A stretch of DNA of 63,312 nt, the filler included, from Calcarisporiella thermophila CBS 279.70 (Eukaryota > Fungi > Calcarisporiellomycota), in NCBI RefSeq assembly GCF_041956535.1. It is 4 parts of 4 records of this genome, joined end to end, with 100 filler letters (N's around TTAATTAATTAA, not from the genome) between each part and the next. Parts side by side here need not be neighbours in the genome. Positions count along the whole stretch, not along the records: positions 1 to 19,912 come from NW_027192192.1; 3 more parts are not named here. The stretch is one strand, 5' to 3'. Below the pieces are notes generated by a model, which searched no databases, was not told where the DNA came from, and saw only the letters and a list, made by a program, of their open reading frames with translations. Below are positions 1 to 12,988 of the stretch, piece by piece. Every line of letters starts with the position of its first letter. Within the stretch, counting starts at the first letter, position 1. The position numbers were made by a program, and so were the translations under genes.

Positions 1-165
1 AAAAGCGAAAAGATCATCGTATGTATAGCATATACCTTGAATTTCTGCTTTTTCCCTTCCCAAATCTTCTTGCAACGCAATGAATAATTTTATAATATAA
101 ACTGATTTGATATCTGAGCATTTTTCAAATTAATGATGACGTAAGCGCAGCCACAAAGTATAAGT

Positions 166-242
166 AATTCCCTTTGGGCTAGAGCCCAAGGGGAAATAAG
201 CTGGATGGTATCTGCTCTTCGGAGCCCAAATTGTGCTTTATT
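166..242 (+). repeat. Left terminal inverted repeat of a DIRS-like (tyrosine recombinase) retroelement, relic
   Basis: AATTCCCTTTGGGCTAGAGCCCAAG...CTGGATGGTATCTGCTCTTCGGAGCCCAAAT is an imperfect reverse complement of 16731-16806 and also matches the ICR half at 16484-16525. Confidence 0.75.
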
Positions 243-1729
243 CGTAATTACAGAAAGTAAGGAAAATATTAAGCAGTCACTCTGCATAAGAAGTATCTGA
301 AATTAATATATGTAGCAAAGGTGTTATATGTTAGTATCAGATAATTTCTGTGTCTACGTAGCTACATCATCTTTTAATTGATATATACTATATACGTACA
401 TTTGAGATTGTAATAAATCATACAGAGTTAAAACTTCCTCTCTACTAAAAACCTCCGTCACAAAAGATCTAGAGTAGACGAAGCCACCAATTTGTTGCAA
501 GCTTCCAACGAGCGTACTTCACAGGAGAAAAAATCACAAAAGATTGCACTAATTTTGGAAATATCTACATGTTTTCCTGTCCACAAGGAAAAGAGGAATA
601 AATTTTCAACTAGCTTCGTTCATTTCATAAATGTTCACGAAATAGCACTGGTAATCGGATTAGGTGAGTATGTTCATTGCTAAATGATCTAAATTCGACA
701 TCACATTTACTTTTATTTTCTCAATATGTCCAGCAATGTACAGTTTGGAGGTGTTTAGGTGGAAATAGCTAGTGGTAAAAATGTACATATTTCTTTGCCG
801 CGTATCAATAACTCGCACCAGAATGAATATCCCCTCAACTTGGTTTAGTTCGGCAAGATTGGTATATTCTCCTTATGTTTCCTTCATATTTTCCTTCTGA
901 TTCAGAATATTTGAACGCACAAAGTTTGACTTCATAGGAAATCACCCTAACCTAAAAGGGTTTGTACCGATCTCTGATGAACTTTCTAGCAATTAGCCTA
1001 TCTCTATCACAGCCTATGTACAAGCTAGTAATTTTCGTTCGTATGGACTTTCTCTTGAAAGTTCAAGAACACGTCCCCGAATCCTATTTTATGTTAACCT
1101 CAAAGTTGCAAGATATTGAAAAAAAACTTTACCAAAAAATCTCATATTCCGATGAAATATTGAAATGTACGTGACATTTGAGCCCAATGATATACAACAA
1201 TATCTATAATGATGTTAATTCCCATAAATTTTGGATGCTTTTGTCTGATACCCTAATCTACTCTTCAAGCTCCTACAGGTGGTAACAACTAAAGCAAAAC
1301 ATGCTAGTGTTAATGTTTAGATAGATCGAGGTTTTTTGGGAGGGGACACTTAATCGTGCATGTTGTGTATAAACTTTATGGGCGAAAATTCATGGAGCAT
1401 ATAGCAAACAACAAACCAATCGATTCAAAATAACTTATCCTTAGCGAAGCAAATTCTGCAAAGTTGAACGTGTTTATTAGAAGTGCTAGTACAATTAAAA
1501 CAGGGATGTGTAGAAATCAAATCTCGGGATAAATATTACCTTCTAAGGTTCTTTATTTGCATTAAATTCTCCTTAAATAGCGAAAGATAATAACTACGCC
1601 GCAAATTTGATCGAATTAAACAGAGTATAAAATAGAACTTTGAACATAAGCATAAGTCCTAAAATTTCACATTTTCATATTGATCTCACATTAACTTACT
1701 ATCCGTTTTTTCAATAGTGTATTTTAAGA

Positions 1730-1989
1730 ATGTATATATCACCTAAGTTGCTATCTTTGCGGTTTTCCTAACTACTGGTTTAGTTGAAGCCGAGGGATGT
1801 CAGTGCTATTCTATGGCAACGGGTCAATATTCCGATGCGACAGAAGCTGCTTGTAACCAAGCCAAAGGAGGAAACTGGAATTGTAATATGGGCAATAAAA
1901 GATGCGATTGCTCTGATATTCCTGATAGTTTGTGGGATAGCTACTGTAATCAGAACCACTTCTTGCTAGCCGGAGATTGCCCCTTTTAA
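1730..1989 (+). pseudogene. Small secreted 8-Cys protein, frameshifted near the start (pseudogene or sequencing error)
   Basis: ATG at 1730 is out of frame with VAIFAVFLTTGLVEA-EGCQCYSMATGQYSDATEAACNQAKGGNWNCNMGNKRCDCSDIPDSLWDSYCNQNHFLLAGDCPF* (hydrophobic leader plus 8 Cys); a 1-nt insertion near 1745 restores the ORF. Confidence 0.6.
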
Positions 1990-2385
1990 TGCTGTTGTTG
2001 TATTTATACAATGAAAGTTTTTTATTTTTGAAAGCGAAAAAAACCAATAGCACTAACTAAATATTAAATCATGAGTAAAATCATGAATAAATCTATAACT
2101 TATACTGTAAAACATATTACTTATTTTAATAGCTTTTTGTTTTTATTCAGTTTTTAGGCTCTACATCAGTTCACATTTAAATAAATGAGAATTGATATAG
2201 AGCCTAATCTACAGCGTTCAAAGATTAGTCTAAATTATTAAACATCTCTATCATACTCTTGAGCAAAATCTTAGACTCTTAAGCCTTTTCTATTTCGCAT
2301 ATATATTGACCGCTCTTGGCAAAATTCATGTAAACACAACTTCCATACAAATACCAAAGACAGCTTCAACTCGACAATATAAAAT

Positions 2386-2866
2386 ATGATCTTCAATTTT
2401 TTCCTTTGCCTTCTTTTGTGCTCTTTTGGCTTTACCAATGCCAAGAGAAGAGTACTCAAAAGCGGTTCAGCTCCAGTCTTGACCAGTGGCCCTGGTAAGT
2501 CAAACAAACATTATTCATTCCCATCGCCCTCACCTACTTTAAAAATTATTTTTTTTTCCGGAAAATTCATTAGGTTACTACTGCGGTTCAGTTATTGCCG
2601 CTCCAGGCTATAAACCCAACAATCTTTACTACTTCCCCTATATAGGAAGTCCTGGCTCAGACTTAGGTAAATGCATAGGATTGCCAACATATTTTTTTTT
2701 AGCACACCTTTATCCCTAATCCAAAATATGGTGTAGGACAATGCCCTAATCGATGCGTTGTAGGCCCCCCAGGAACCTCAGATTATGTAAGTAACCTATT
2801 ATTCTACTAGCAAGCTTTAATTTACTACTACATCTAATTATACTGCGTTTGATACAGTGCGTTTAA
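2386..2866 (+). CDS. Small secreted Cys-containing protein, 4 exons
   Basis: GT..AG introns at ~2494-2573, ~2668-2735 and ~2787-2857 splice to MIFNFFLCLLLCSFGFTNAKRRVLKSGSAPVLTSGPGYYCGSVIAAPGYKPNNLYYFPYIGSPGSDLGQCPNRCVVGPPGTSDYCV*; signal peptide. Confidence 0.7.
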
Positions 2867-3573
2867 TTTTTTTACAACCAAGAAATGGAAATACAGCTTT
2901 CAATCTCTACACCGCAATTTCCAACTCATAAGTGTTTTCAAGTGCATGAGCACTCTCATCACTATCAGTATTGAATAAGAAAATATTATAACTTTTTGTT
3001 TTATCAATTGTTCCAATACGAGCTCAGAATAAAACTTCTCTACCGACTGCCTTTCTTTCAAATTTTCAATATAAATAAAATTTGGTCTGTGTAAGAGATC
3101 TATGATTCATTATGAGGAGACCGTTATATTGGACAAGAAGAGCTACTCCCAGAGAAGGATACATAGAAAATTTGAGGACATAAGTAAGAATTAGCTTAAA
3201 AAGTATAATTTTTTCTGCTACAATTTTTCATAAGGTTTGAACTCTGAAAGAATTGTAGTTTCTCACAGAGAAATTATAATATCACTAAAGTTTCATTTAT
3301 AAGGCTATATTATAACACAACTTTAGCCATTATGGTTTCACGGAGAAAAGAGACAATGGGATTTGTTGTACCTGTATTTATTTGCTCATTGTATTTCCAT
3401 ATTTAAATATTATGATTTATTTTTTCTTATTAAAAAAACATTAATAGGACCCCAATGGAGGCGAACTCTTCCAGCTTATGGACCTCTAAGTCCAAATGGT
3501 GTCGGTCGAATATATGAAAGATAATACATATTAAAAATATTAATTACTGTGTACTCTCTGTATTGTGGCACGA

Positions 3574-4413
3574 TTAATTAATCTTCCTCAAGGTTCTATT
3601 CACGTCCCGAGAACTTGTCAACAAATCTTTTTCTTCAACACAGCTGTCTAGAATCAAGTCCTTTCCGCCGGAGTTGACCATGGTAACTAGCTTCACGGGC
3701 CAAATTTCCTTCTTCCAATGTCCCCACTTCCAACGATTGTCATTATATCCCACGTTGATCTTCAAATTACACACGCTTTTCAGCGCAGCCATCTGTGCAA
3801 AGCAACTCTTGCCCTCCATAGTGGTAGTCACTCTTCTGCTGGCCTCTCGTCTAGTGAGTTGACGGATTTTTGTTCCTACAGAGATCTCCGAGCTTGCCTC
3901 CCCCGTAATCGGGCCTTCCGACACAGAAGCTTTCGTGCTAGATTTGAGATTAATCTCTAGGGTTGACTCGTTCTCGTTGATCTTGCTTATAAAATCTTCA
4001 ATGACTACTTTAGGTGTTTGCTCGTAGGATGAGGTGGTCATCTCCAACACAACCCTGCATTCTCCAGAATGAATATCGATCTCCTCCAGGTCTATGTAAT
4101 CAATGTAATAGCACTCGTTTTTCTTTTCGTTGCCAGATTTATGGCATTCGGCTTCCTTAGACCTCACGTCTCTCATCGTGCTGTAGACTACATCTGCAAT
4201 TTGCTTGTTGTCTTGTACTCGAAGTTTCTCGGGCCGTACTTTAAGGATTTTACCAACATTCCCCGTCTTAAGCCATCCTGCGACACTGATGATAGTTTGC
4301 CTATTGCTCGGAACGATATTCTTGATCGCTTTCGGATCATCAATCTCTACGCCCCAAACAACAACAATTAGCGCAGCGAGTTGCAAAATTGAAGGAATGA
4401 ATTTGAATAACAT
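3574..4413 (-). CDS. Secreted protein of unknown function (possible aerolysin/ETX-MTX2-like beta-pore former)
   Basis: Intronless ORF; likely start MLFKFIPSILQLAALIVVVWG (signal peptide) at 4413; Ser/Thr-rich alternating segment in the middle; 6 Cys. Confidence 0.7.
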   Translation of the reverse strand: MLFKFIPSILQLAALIVVVWGVEIDDPKAIKNIVPSNRQTIISVAGWLKTGNVGKILKVRPEKLRVQDNKQIADVVYSTMRDVRSKEAECHKSGNEKKNECYYIDYIDLEEIDIHSGECRVVLEMTTSSYEQTPKVVIEDFISKINENESTLEINLKSSTKASVSEGPITGEASSEISVGTKIRQLTRREASRRVTTTMEGKSCFAQMAALKSVCNLKINVGYNDNRWKWGHWKKEIWPVKLVTMVNSGGKDLILDSCVEEKDLLTSSRDVNRTLRKIN

Positions 4414-5668
4414 TTTTGTGCCTTGATAATTTTCAAACTTATCAGCAAGCTCTTTATAAACAACGCGAGTATGCTTAGCTTGATTGAACACATCACATGT
4501 TCTCAACAATATTTTCCTATTGTTCCATCGCATTTATTTTTCTTTATTTACTCTCTATTTGCTTCTTTGTGAGAAGCTCAACCAAGACCAATAAAGCTTT
4601 CTTTACTGCGTAATGGGCGGACTGTTAACAGCCCTGTCGATTTCGCTTAAGCTACCATTTATTCTAAGCTTAGCTAATTTTGAAATTGACATTCATTGGA
4701 TAAACTGGGAAGAAATTTCTTTTGTAACACGTAATTTTATGTTGAACGAAAGGATGTGGTGGCAGTCAAATCGTCTAGTCCGTTTTACCAAAAATACCTC
4801 TTCAATAATAGAAACGATCTTGCAAGTAGCTGTCAATAGCGATATGGAAGGTATTGTAAATCAATTCACACAATAGAGAAAGAATGAATTTTATGCGCCA
4901 ACCTAATATAATCTCTAATGTCATCTTGGCTCTCTACCTTAAATTCTGGTAAAAGTTGTTTAATCTAAGCATATGTAGCGCTTAGAGCCGAGACTAAAGT
5001 GTCTCACAATTCCCGCACGTAGCACTCTATGGTACGTATGAGATATTTTTGGTAATCTGCTTCCCACGGTTAGTTATCACACTCGAATCGCCTAAATATT
5101 GAGTGCACTAACAAAAGAAAAAAAATTGTCGCATATACATTTTGTCTTGATTTTCATAACTTTCATAACCTAAAACCATTATAGACTGTGGCGAAAAAGG
5201 TTATCAGTCTGAAACCACATTAGGAATTCTTACAATCATCTCTAAATCATTCTATAACTTTGTTCCTGCTTATGATTCTTGGCATCAAAAGATCTCGAAC
5301 TCAAATAATCGTATCAGATTGTAGGCATTTTAATAAAACCTGTACAACTTGATTTAATAAACGCATTTCAAAACAAGAGGTTATATGTTTATTTAGGTAG
5401 AGTAGATTAAAGTTATTTTTCAGTGCTCTCAATGCTTAGTTTCCACAAGGAACGATCTAGATGGTGTCAAATTAATCGGAAGCTCAAACCTAAATCACGT
5501 CATATTCTTAAAGTTAACATAGGAAAGATAATGAACATGCGAGTGTGAATCGTGCAGCTGGCGTATTTCAAATACAGACGTTCCTGGAAAACTATATTGT
5601 TATGTATCCTAATGAAAACACCATTGAAAAACCAAACACCCACATGTGGCTTTTTAATTTTATTCAGA

Positions 5669-5721
5669 ATCTGAATCTAACAGATGTAACAATCAGATTG
5701 TTACATCTGTTAGTTTCAGAT
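5669..5721. repeat. Near-perfect palindrome (26-bp arms, 1-nt centre)
   Basis: ATCTGAATCTAACAGATGTAACAATC-A-GATTGTTACATCTGTTAGTTTCAGAT, one mismatch. Confidence 0.85.
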
Positions 5722-6876
5722 CTTATATATTAATGTGGCTGATAAAGGGACCAGGTCACGTTTTCTCTATTTAGCTTGTGTAAAGTGTGTAGACACAAAT
5801 CGGTACATTATCAGTAAAAATTCAATTACTCGATAACACTTTGTAAAATATTGATAGGATTATGCAACCCACAGACTATCTTCATCAATAGGTTCCAGCC
5901 ATATTTAATCAAGAAAAACTGAAACACCGGCGGCTGAAGCTAAAAGTATCTTTCTCGTGCTTTCGGATATCTCATTAGAACATACAATTTTACAACCTCA
6001 TTTTGTTCATTAAAACTTACTCTGTTTTCTTTTTGCTCTTTAGAGCTTATACTCTCTCCAACTTGCTCGCAAGCAGCTTGTTGATATATTCAAGGTTTAT
6101 GTTTTCCTATTCCTTCACCATTCGGTCCCATAGTTATTGCTTATTTTTCGCTAACTTTCTCCTGCGAGGGACCTTTGCAGCCTCTGTATAATGAGTAATA
6201 AGGAGACTGGTAATTTGATGGAAATATTTTCCTTCATCAGAATACTGGTGTACACAAACATGAATCTTGTTAGAAAGCGACTTCAATTTAATTTCGAAAA
6301 TATAATATGGCAGTATATCTCGTATCCTTCTTTTTGATCACGCCAGAAGATTAAACAATTGATAAGAGAGCGAGAATTGCTCGACGTGAAAAAAAAAATT
6401 CGACAATTGGTGGAGAATAAGAGTCGAGTCTAATGATGCCCTCCAAAGGATAAATAGACTGCATACGCCTTTTGATATAAAGGATATAAGTTTGCTTATT
6501 AGAACTACACAAACTCGCGTATATGGATGACCCAGGGAGTAAGGATATGATGCAAGCAGCTAAGGCAGAATGAAAAGTTAAACCTAGCCAAATTCTTGTG
6601 AAAATTAAACAATGCTGCCGTAGAATAGTTTCGCAATCTTCAAAGTGAAGGATAGTTCAAAATGACAGGATTTAAAGAGAATCATCGAGGAAGAGTATTT
6701 CTTAGTCGAAATTTACCTACTATGTAATTTTCAGGCGTGAGCAATAGAAACATGGTATAGTGATGTTTAACCAAATGCATGTAATAATTACAAGAGAAAT
6801 TCAAGTGCTAACTAATAAATCGAAGCGATAATTTTTACAAAGATCCGATTGTAAGAATACATTTACAGTATGATGT

Positions 6877-6928
6877 AAATCACCCAAGATATAATTGCTT
6901 GTTGGAGCAATTGTATCTTGGGTGATTT
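6877..6928. repeat. Inverted repeat / hairpin (23-bp stem, 6-nt loop)
   Basis: AAATCACCCAAGATATAATTGCT-TGTTGG-AGCAATTGTATCTTGGGTGATTT; the single mismatch is a U-G pair on the + strand. Confidence 0.85.
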
Positions 6929-7062
6929 TAAATTTGTTTAGTTTGGTTTTATAAAATTCATTATATTCTATGAGTACCATGAAACTAAATGATGGTACTT
7001 TAGCTATATGAAAACGAGTTTGCTAAAATATCAACCTAGGTTTAATCTCGTGGCTCTTGATG

Positions 7063-7375
7063 CTAACAATTGCATGAGGAGATTGCTATCCCCCAAGTAC
7101 CTATCTTATTGTTATGGCTGTGACTATTGCGACCGCGTGATTCGCAACAGCGCACCATTGCACCAATATCGACATTGCTTCTGGTAATTGGGTTGCCAGC
7201 TAGGTAATTGTGACTCTTCTCGTTGAAACAAGCAACATACTTCATTGATGCACAACAGTCCTTGATCACTCGATAGTCAATGCAGCAATTACTGTTGTTC
7301 TAACAAACAGAGGCATATCCTGCATAGCAGTTTGCTACAACGGCCAAGAAAATCAATATTTAAGATGATTTGGAA
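7063..7375 (-). pseudogene. Small secreted Cys-rich protein pseudogene
   Basis: Frame reads *ILIFLAVVANCYAGYASVC*NNSNCCIDYRVIKDCCASMKYVACF...VRCCESRG...ISSCNC*: signal-like leader, many Cys, two in-frame stops, no intact ATG. Confidence 0.6.
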
Positions 7376-8649
7376 CTCTTGACAGTTCAACGTTACAAAA
7401 GAGGCCTTATTTATAAAACCAATTCATGTTTTTAAAGTTAAATAATCTGTCATGAAGATATAAAGAAACAGCGAATCGGATCGATAGATTTTCCGCAATA
7501 TTTGCTTAATTCTTTAGTAGTACTTCTGGAACCAAATTTTCAGGATTTATCTTACACACAATGGGACGAATAGATATAAAACATACCTTGGAAGTTCTGC
7601 AGGGAAGGAAGAGATATTTAGAACATAGATAGTATAAAGTTTTGCACAAAATTAATGAACTTAATGCTAAGCAATAAAAGCATTTAGTCAGTACATCTAA
7701 CCTTGGAAACTCATCATCGCTATATTGCAAGATAATAAATTATTTTCCATAGATACTACAAGGTTTTCTCTCTTCGGCATCTCAAGATGGCCTTACAAGA
7801 TAAGGTTAGGTAAGTAGATTCTGGCAGACGACAGCTTAGCAATGTTTCCGGTGTTGAATTGTTCCACTCGTCGAAGACAAGTACTGATCTGTTTAACTCT
7901 TTAAAACTATTATGTTGTCTAAGGCAATCTCGACAAAGATGAACATCCGGAGGAGAGACTATTCAGTTTGCGTTGACTTGGCATGAAGTCATGTTTAAGA
8001 GGTTAGCAGCATGGTATCGGATTCTTGTCAGGGGTTCAATTTGAATAGAGTCCATTTTGTTGACGCCTGCTTTGTAAAATTGTATGCTGGTTTTGCGGCT
8101 ATCAAATATACAGCCCAATCTCTAGATTTAATCTTGTGTCATTTGTTGAGGAATGGGAATTAAAGGTGAGGAATGTAGGCGAGATATAAACAATTATTGT
8201 AGAGAATACAAGGCCAATTTTTTATATATGCATGTAATCAGAATATTGAGTATATGATAACTTATGTTTAGCTCAGCCACCAGGGTTATTCATTATGGGT
8301 CGTTAATATGAGGAAATTTGGGAAGTGGGGAAGCGGATTTTGAACTCTTAGGAGGGTTAAAAGAGTGAATTGCGGGAATTGGCCCGAAGATATACGCTGT
8401 GTTGCCAAAGCCATCTTGACATCATTTAATCCACCTAGACAACCTTTTACATACAAAATGAAACCCATGGAGCTCAATAAGGTAATTTTTTTAACAATTA
8501 ACATTGAACTGGCCAAAATGGCCAATTGAAAATTTATAAAGTAATGATTGCCAATCATCGTGCCAACATCGCTTATTTGATAACAGTCATGAAGTATCAC
8601 CATAAAATTTAAATTAACTCCGCTAAATAGTGCTAAATATTGTATCGCC

Positions 8650-8690
8650 CGCCTTCTGTCCGAGCCGCTACTCGGCTCGGACAGAAGGCG
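8650..8690. repeat. Perfect GC-rich hairpin (18-bp stem, 5-nt loop)
   Basis: CGCCTTCTGTCCGAGCCG-CTACT-CGGCTCGGACAGAAGGCG in an AT-rich background. Confidence 0.85.
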
Positions 8691-9090
8691 AAAATATTGT
8701 GACAATGTAATGACTGAAACCCTACAATTTTCTGAATATTTTAGACATTAAATAATATTGAATACATCAATAAGGGCTGTAAAACACTCAACGCATAATT
8801 TTGATGTTTTTTATTCTAGCAGCTCGGATCCCTATATGATAGATTGATCTGTAGTTAATATTTGAAATAATATTTCTCTTGCGTTGTAAATACAATTTGG
8901 TAATTTTTCAATTAGCGAAAAAAATATGTTTATGCCGTAATAGGTATAAGCAATAACATTTACCCTCAAACCAGGTATAAAAAGGGGTCGATAAGACATA
9001 ATCATTTTATCAGTCTCCACTACATGGCCGCACCTAGACTTTACTAATACCACTAATATATAGCTTGCACAAATTATCGAATAGAACGTC

Positions 9091-11065
9091 ATGTCATCTC
9101 CCAAAGAATCCTTAAAAACAATCGACAACTTTGAAAAAAAGGAAAATTCGTTGAGTGCCGATGAGGAGAATTCTTCTGCCCTGGATTCCTGGAGATCATG
9201 GGTAGTCGTAGTGGGAAGCTTTCTCATAGTGTTCAATAATTTTGGGCAGACCTACCAATGGGGTGTATATCAGGTAGTACTGCTGCATATAATAATAATT
9301 TTTGTTTCATTGCGCGTATTAACCCTTACTTTTCTTCTAAAAACCAAAACAGGAGCACTATATAAAATATGAATTTTCCGGTCAAGCTAATACACAGACC
9401 ATATCCTATATTGGAACCACCTCGAATGCTTTTATGTTTGTAATTGGTCCATTTATCGGGCTGGTACTTCAAAAGATCGGTTTCCGAGGAAGTATGGTTT
9501 TGGGGACTATACTTTGTCCCCTTGCATTACTACTTGCTAGCTTTAACACTGCGGTGAGAAATATGTTGTCTTGTTCTAGGTGATTTCGTTTTTCTAATTG
9601 CTCATATGTTTTTCTAGCTATGGCAACTCTACTTGACCCAGGTATGCAGGTATCTATGTTATCATTTTCATTTCCAAATTCATCGATTTAGCGCTTCTTT
9701 AGGGGGTCATGTTTGGTTTTGGGAACGCTTTTGTTTTCTTTCCAAGTATGCTGTTGCCTAACCAGTGGTTTAATAAATATCGTGGCCTGGTAAATGCTGT
9801 ATAATATCTTGCCCATCACCTTGGTTGAGCCAATGCCTTTCTAGGCCACAGGGATTGCCGTATCAGGTAGCGGGATAGGTGGCCTCTGTCTCACCCCTCT
9901 GGCGAGGTATATTATGGGTAAGTTGATTTTAGCTACTGATTAAGTTTCCATTTCTACTATCCTATATTTTGATGCAGAAAACCTAGGCTATCGCTGGTGT
10001 CTACGGGTCAATGCGATGACATGTTTAGTTTTGCTGAGTATTGCTACAATCCTATGTCGACCACGCATTTCTCCTCCCAAAAAGACTTGGAAATCAATGA
10101 AGCTTTTTGATCGCAAACTAATCAGCTTTCGTCTGGTGTTAATGTTTTGCTATGGAACATTCGCCTGTTTTGGGTAATAAATAATGCTTTCTAAATTTAT
10201 TCAGACTAGGCTCTAATAGCATATATTGATATAGATATTTGCCGCCCTTTTTCATGATGCCAAGTATGTGATTCTTCCTTACTTTCGTAGGTGCATTGAA
10301 AATTTATAAACAATAGCATATGCGACCACTATTGGTCTAAATGTTAGCGTGGGAGCTTTGCTAACGGGTGTAATGAGTGGGGTCAATAGTGTTGGGAGAA
10401 TTATTGTTGGAATTGCAGCTGATAAATTGTTAGTAAAGAAGATATAGATCTGTGACATTTACAGACAGAAAGAGATTCTATAACTCTTTCATTAATAGAG
10501 GGAAACTAAATACTATGTTCTGGTGCACGCTTATATCTGGCATTTCCACTATGCTTATTTGGCCTCTATCACACAATCTCTCTGTACTTATTGTCTATGT
10601 GGTAAGAAATTAATTTGTGTTATGAATTGGCACGCCCTTCTAAAAACCAATTGCCAGATTATATATGGCCTAAGTGGGGGAGGCTTTATCTCTCTTATCC
10701 CAGTAATTGTAGCTGATCTAACGGAAAGGCCTGAAGACATTCCTAGTACTCTAGGAATGGTTTATTTTTCAGTATTTTTTGGTCAACTCTTCGGCACCCC
10801 TATAAGGTAATACATATGTTCCTTTAAATCTAAACATTTGCTTACATATAACACCTCTTTTAGTGGCGCATTGTATGATATGACTGAAAGAAGCACCTTT
10901 ATACCCTTAATCGAGTTTGCGGGTGGTAATGATCTCTTTTATTATAAAATCGCATCCATTGGCTTACAGTACAGTCCTCTGTCAATAGGTGTTACAGTCT
11001 TTTCCGCTTTTTTTGCTCTTTGGTTGCGCTTGAAAATTGAGCCTCGGATTTTGGCTATAGCTTAG
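9091..11065 (+). CDS. MFS transporter, monocarboxylate porter (MCT/Mch-like) family; many short introns
   Basis: Exons give DSWRSWVVVVGSFL..FG..YQWGVYQ, WQLYLTQG, QWFNKYRGLATGIAVSGSGIGG, LGYRWCLR, GRIIVGIAADK, GQLFGTPI; GT-AG introns throughout. Confidence 0.9.
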
Positions 11066-12988
11066 AATGGGTTATTTGCTGTGGTTAAATGTTGATTAAA
11101 TCGATAATACAATTAAACAATATTTTGGAAATTCTACACTGCCAAATGACAGTTATAGCCACCATCTTGGAGCTCGATTAAGTTAATCAAGAAGATGTTG
11201 ATGAAGGCATATGAACTTGAGCAGCATAGAGATGACGATTGTAATGCACTACTACTTTCGTATGGATCTGCTCTTGGTTCAGATCGATAGAAAGAATTCT
11301 CATTAGCTCACTCTCTTTCCTATATGGAGACTCGTTCAACAAAGCGGCTAATAGAAGCTGTTCTCTGAGGAAAAGTTAAGAGGTTAAAAAATGTTCATGT
11401 TTCTAATAACGAGTATCAGGCTGATGCGAACATAATAATGTTGCGATGGATTTTAATTGAATAAAATGAATTTGAATTTTCATTTGAAGTGGCTCAATCA
11501 AGGTGATTAGTTAGGTGGCTTGATTTCTTATTTTTTATCCATATTTTCATAGCTCTAAATTTAGTTCAAGATCATATACGACATTGTTTCCATTCTTTGG
11601 ATTAGCCACATCATTTCTGCCAACTGCAAAATGAAGGTGCTTTTGACGCGCAATTGTACAGCAAGTCTCATCATTTACCACCATACGTGCATTAAGCTTG
11701 CGGATTCAATGAATAATTAAGATTACTTATTTTAACTCGAGTCGCCGCAGATTGTAAGATTGTCCTTTTCTGACCTTTGATATTTTTTTAGAGCTTACGG
11801 CAAAAAGTGAAGTATACATGAATGAACGTAGTTTTGAGTGTATACTTAAGGGCGTTCTACTAAAGATTATTATGCTCTTGCCTTGGTACTTATGATACCA
11901 AGCAATACTAATCACATCCCGCTCGGCTACCATATTATGGTCTGCAGCACGAAACCTCGAAGAGAATTTGCAGGAATAGCTTTTTTCATGAAAATATTTG
12001 CCACTATTCGTTTTAAAGATGCAGAAGAGGGTTTTGGTGTAGCTTCTTGAATTTTTTTCCCATACATATACTGAGATTGGCTATGGATTGAACTAACTTC
12101 ATGCAACAAGTTTGCGATTTATTTTGATCATATAATCTTTGATGCTACTTTGGTCAATCTCGAAATCGGGTGTCACCTGCGCGAAACAGTTGAGATTACA
12201 AAGAACGAGGTTGACAGAATATATGTGATAGCCATAGATACCTAATGTTGTTTAGTTACGAGGACTATGAGGAGTCCCACTTAAAAGCGATACAGTGTCC
12301 CGCACTAATTTATGTTTTAAGACCCCTTTACTCTTGAATGATCCAAGCATAATTCTGCATGAAGTGTTATGGAAACTGGTATTGTAAGTTTATACGAGGT
12401 ATGTAATTTTTATTTGTCCAATAATCTTTCAGCAGAATTAATCCATTTTATTATGGTCGAGGGGAGTGTCAAGATAATTTTAGGGGTTACGCTACGGATA
12501 AGATAGAGTGTTGAAATTATTAAGGAAGAGATCGTGACTCAATTGGTATCTTCGATAATCTCCTGAGGATCTTTAACTATTTTCTTACTTGAGATATTTA
12601 GTTGAGCAAGTTGAATTTTGATTCTTTGGATTCGAAAATAAATACTGGTTAAATCAGCCATCGTTTTACACGATATATTCGAGTTTCGAAAAAGGGCTGC
12701 CATTTAGCTTGATGGCGGGTATTATGTCATAAAACACGGTAGCATACAATAGGGCGCTCTCGCGACATGATTATTGCCTAATGCATATCTAAAAATCAGA
12801 GCAACTACTTTTATTGGATAAAATTGATTGAAGGATTAATTGATCTAAACAAGGTGCAGAGCTTTCAGTTTACTAATATGGAAATAAATCTCGTGCTAGA
12901 AGTGAAACTTGCGATGGTATATATTCATAAAGCGGGCTCTCTGGTTCGACTTGATCGACTAAAGTCTTTGAATTGGATTTCAAGAGAG

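Noticed and set aside
8286-9236. 139-aa and 134-aa minus-strand ORFs; likewise 19279-19707, 30470-30931, 42632-43006, 50511-50912
   Set aside because: No recognisable motifs, often non-ATG starts; consistent with chance ORFs
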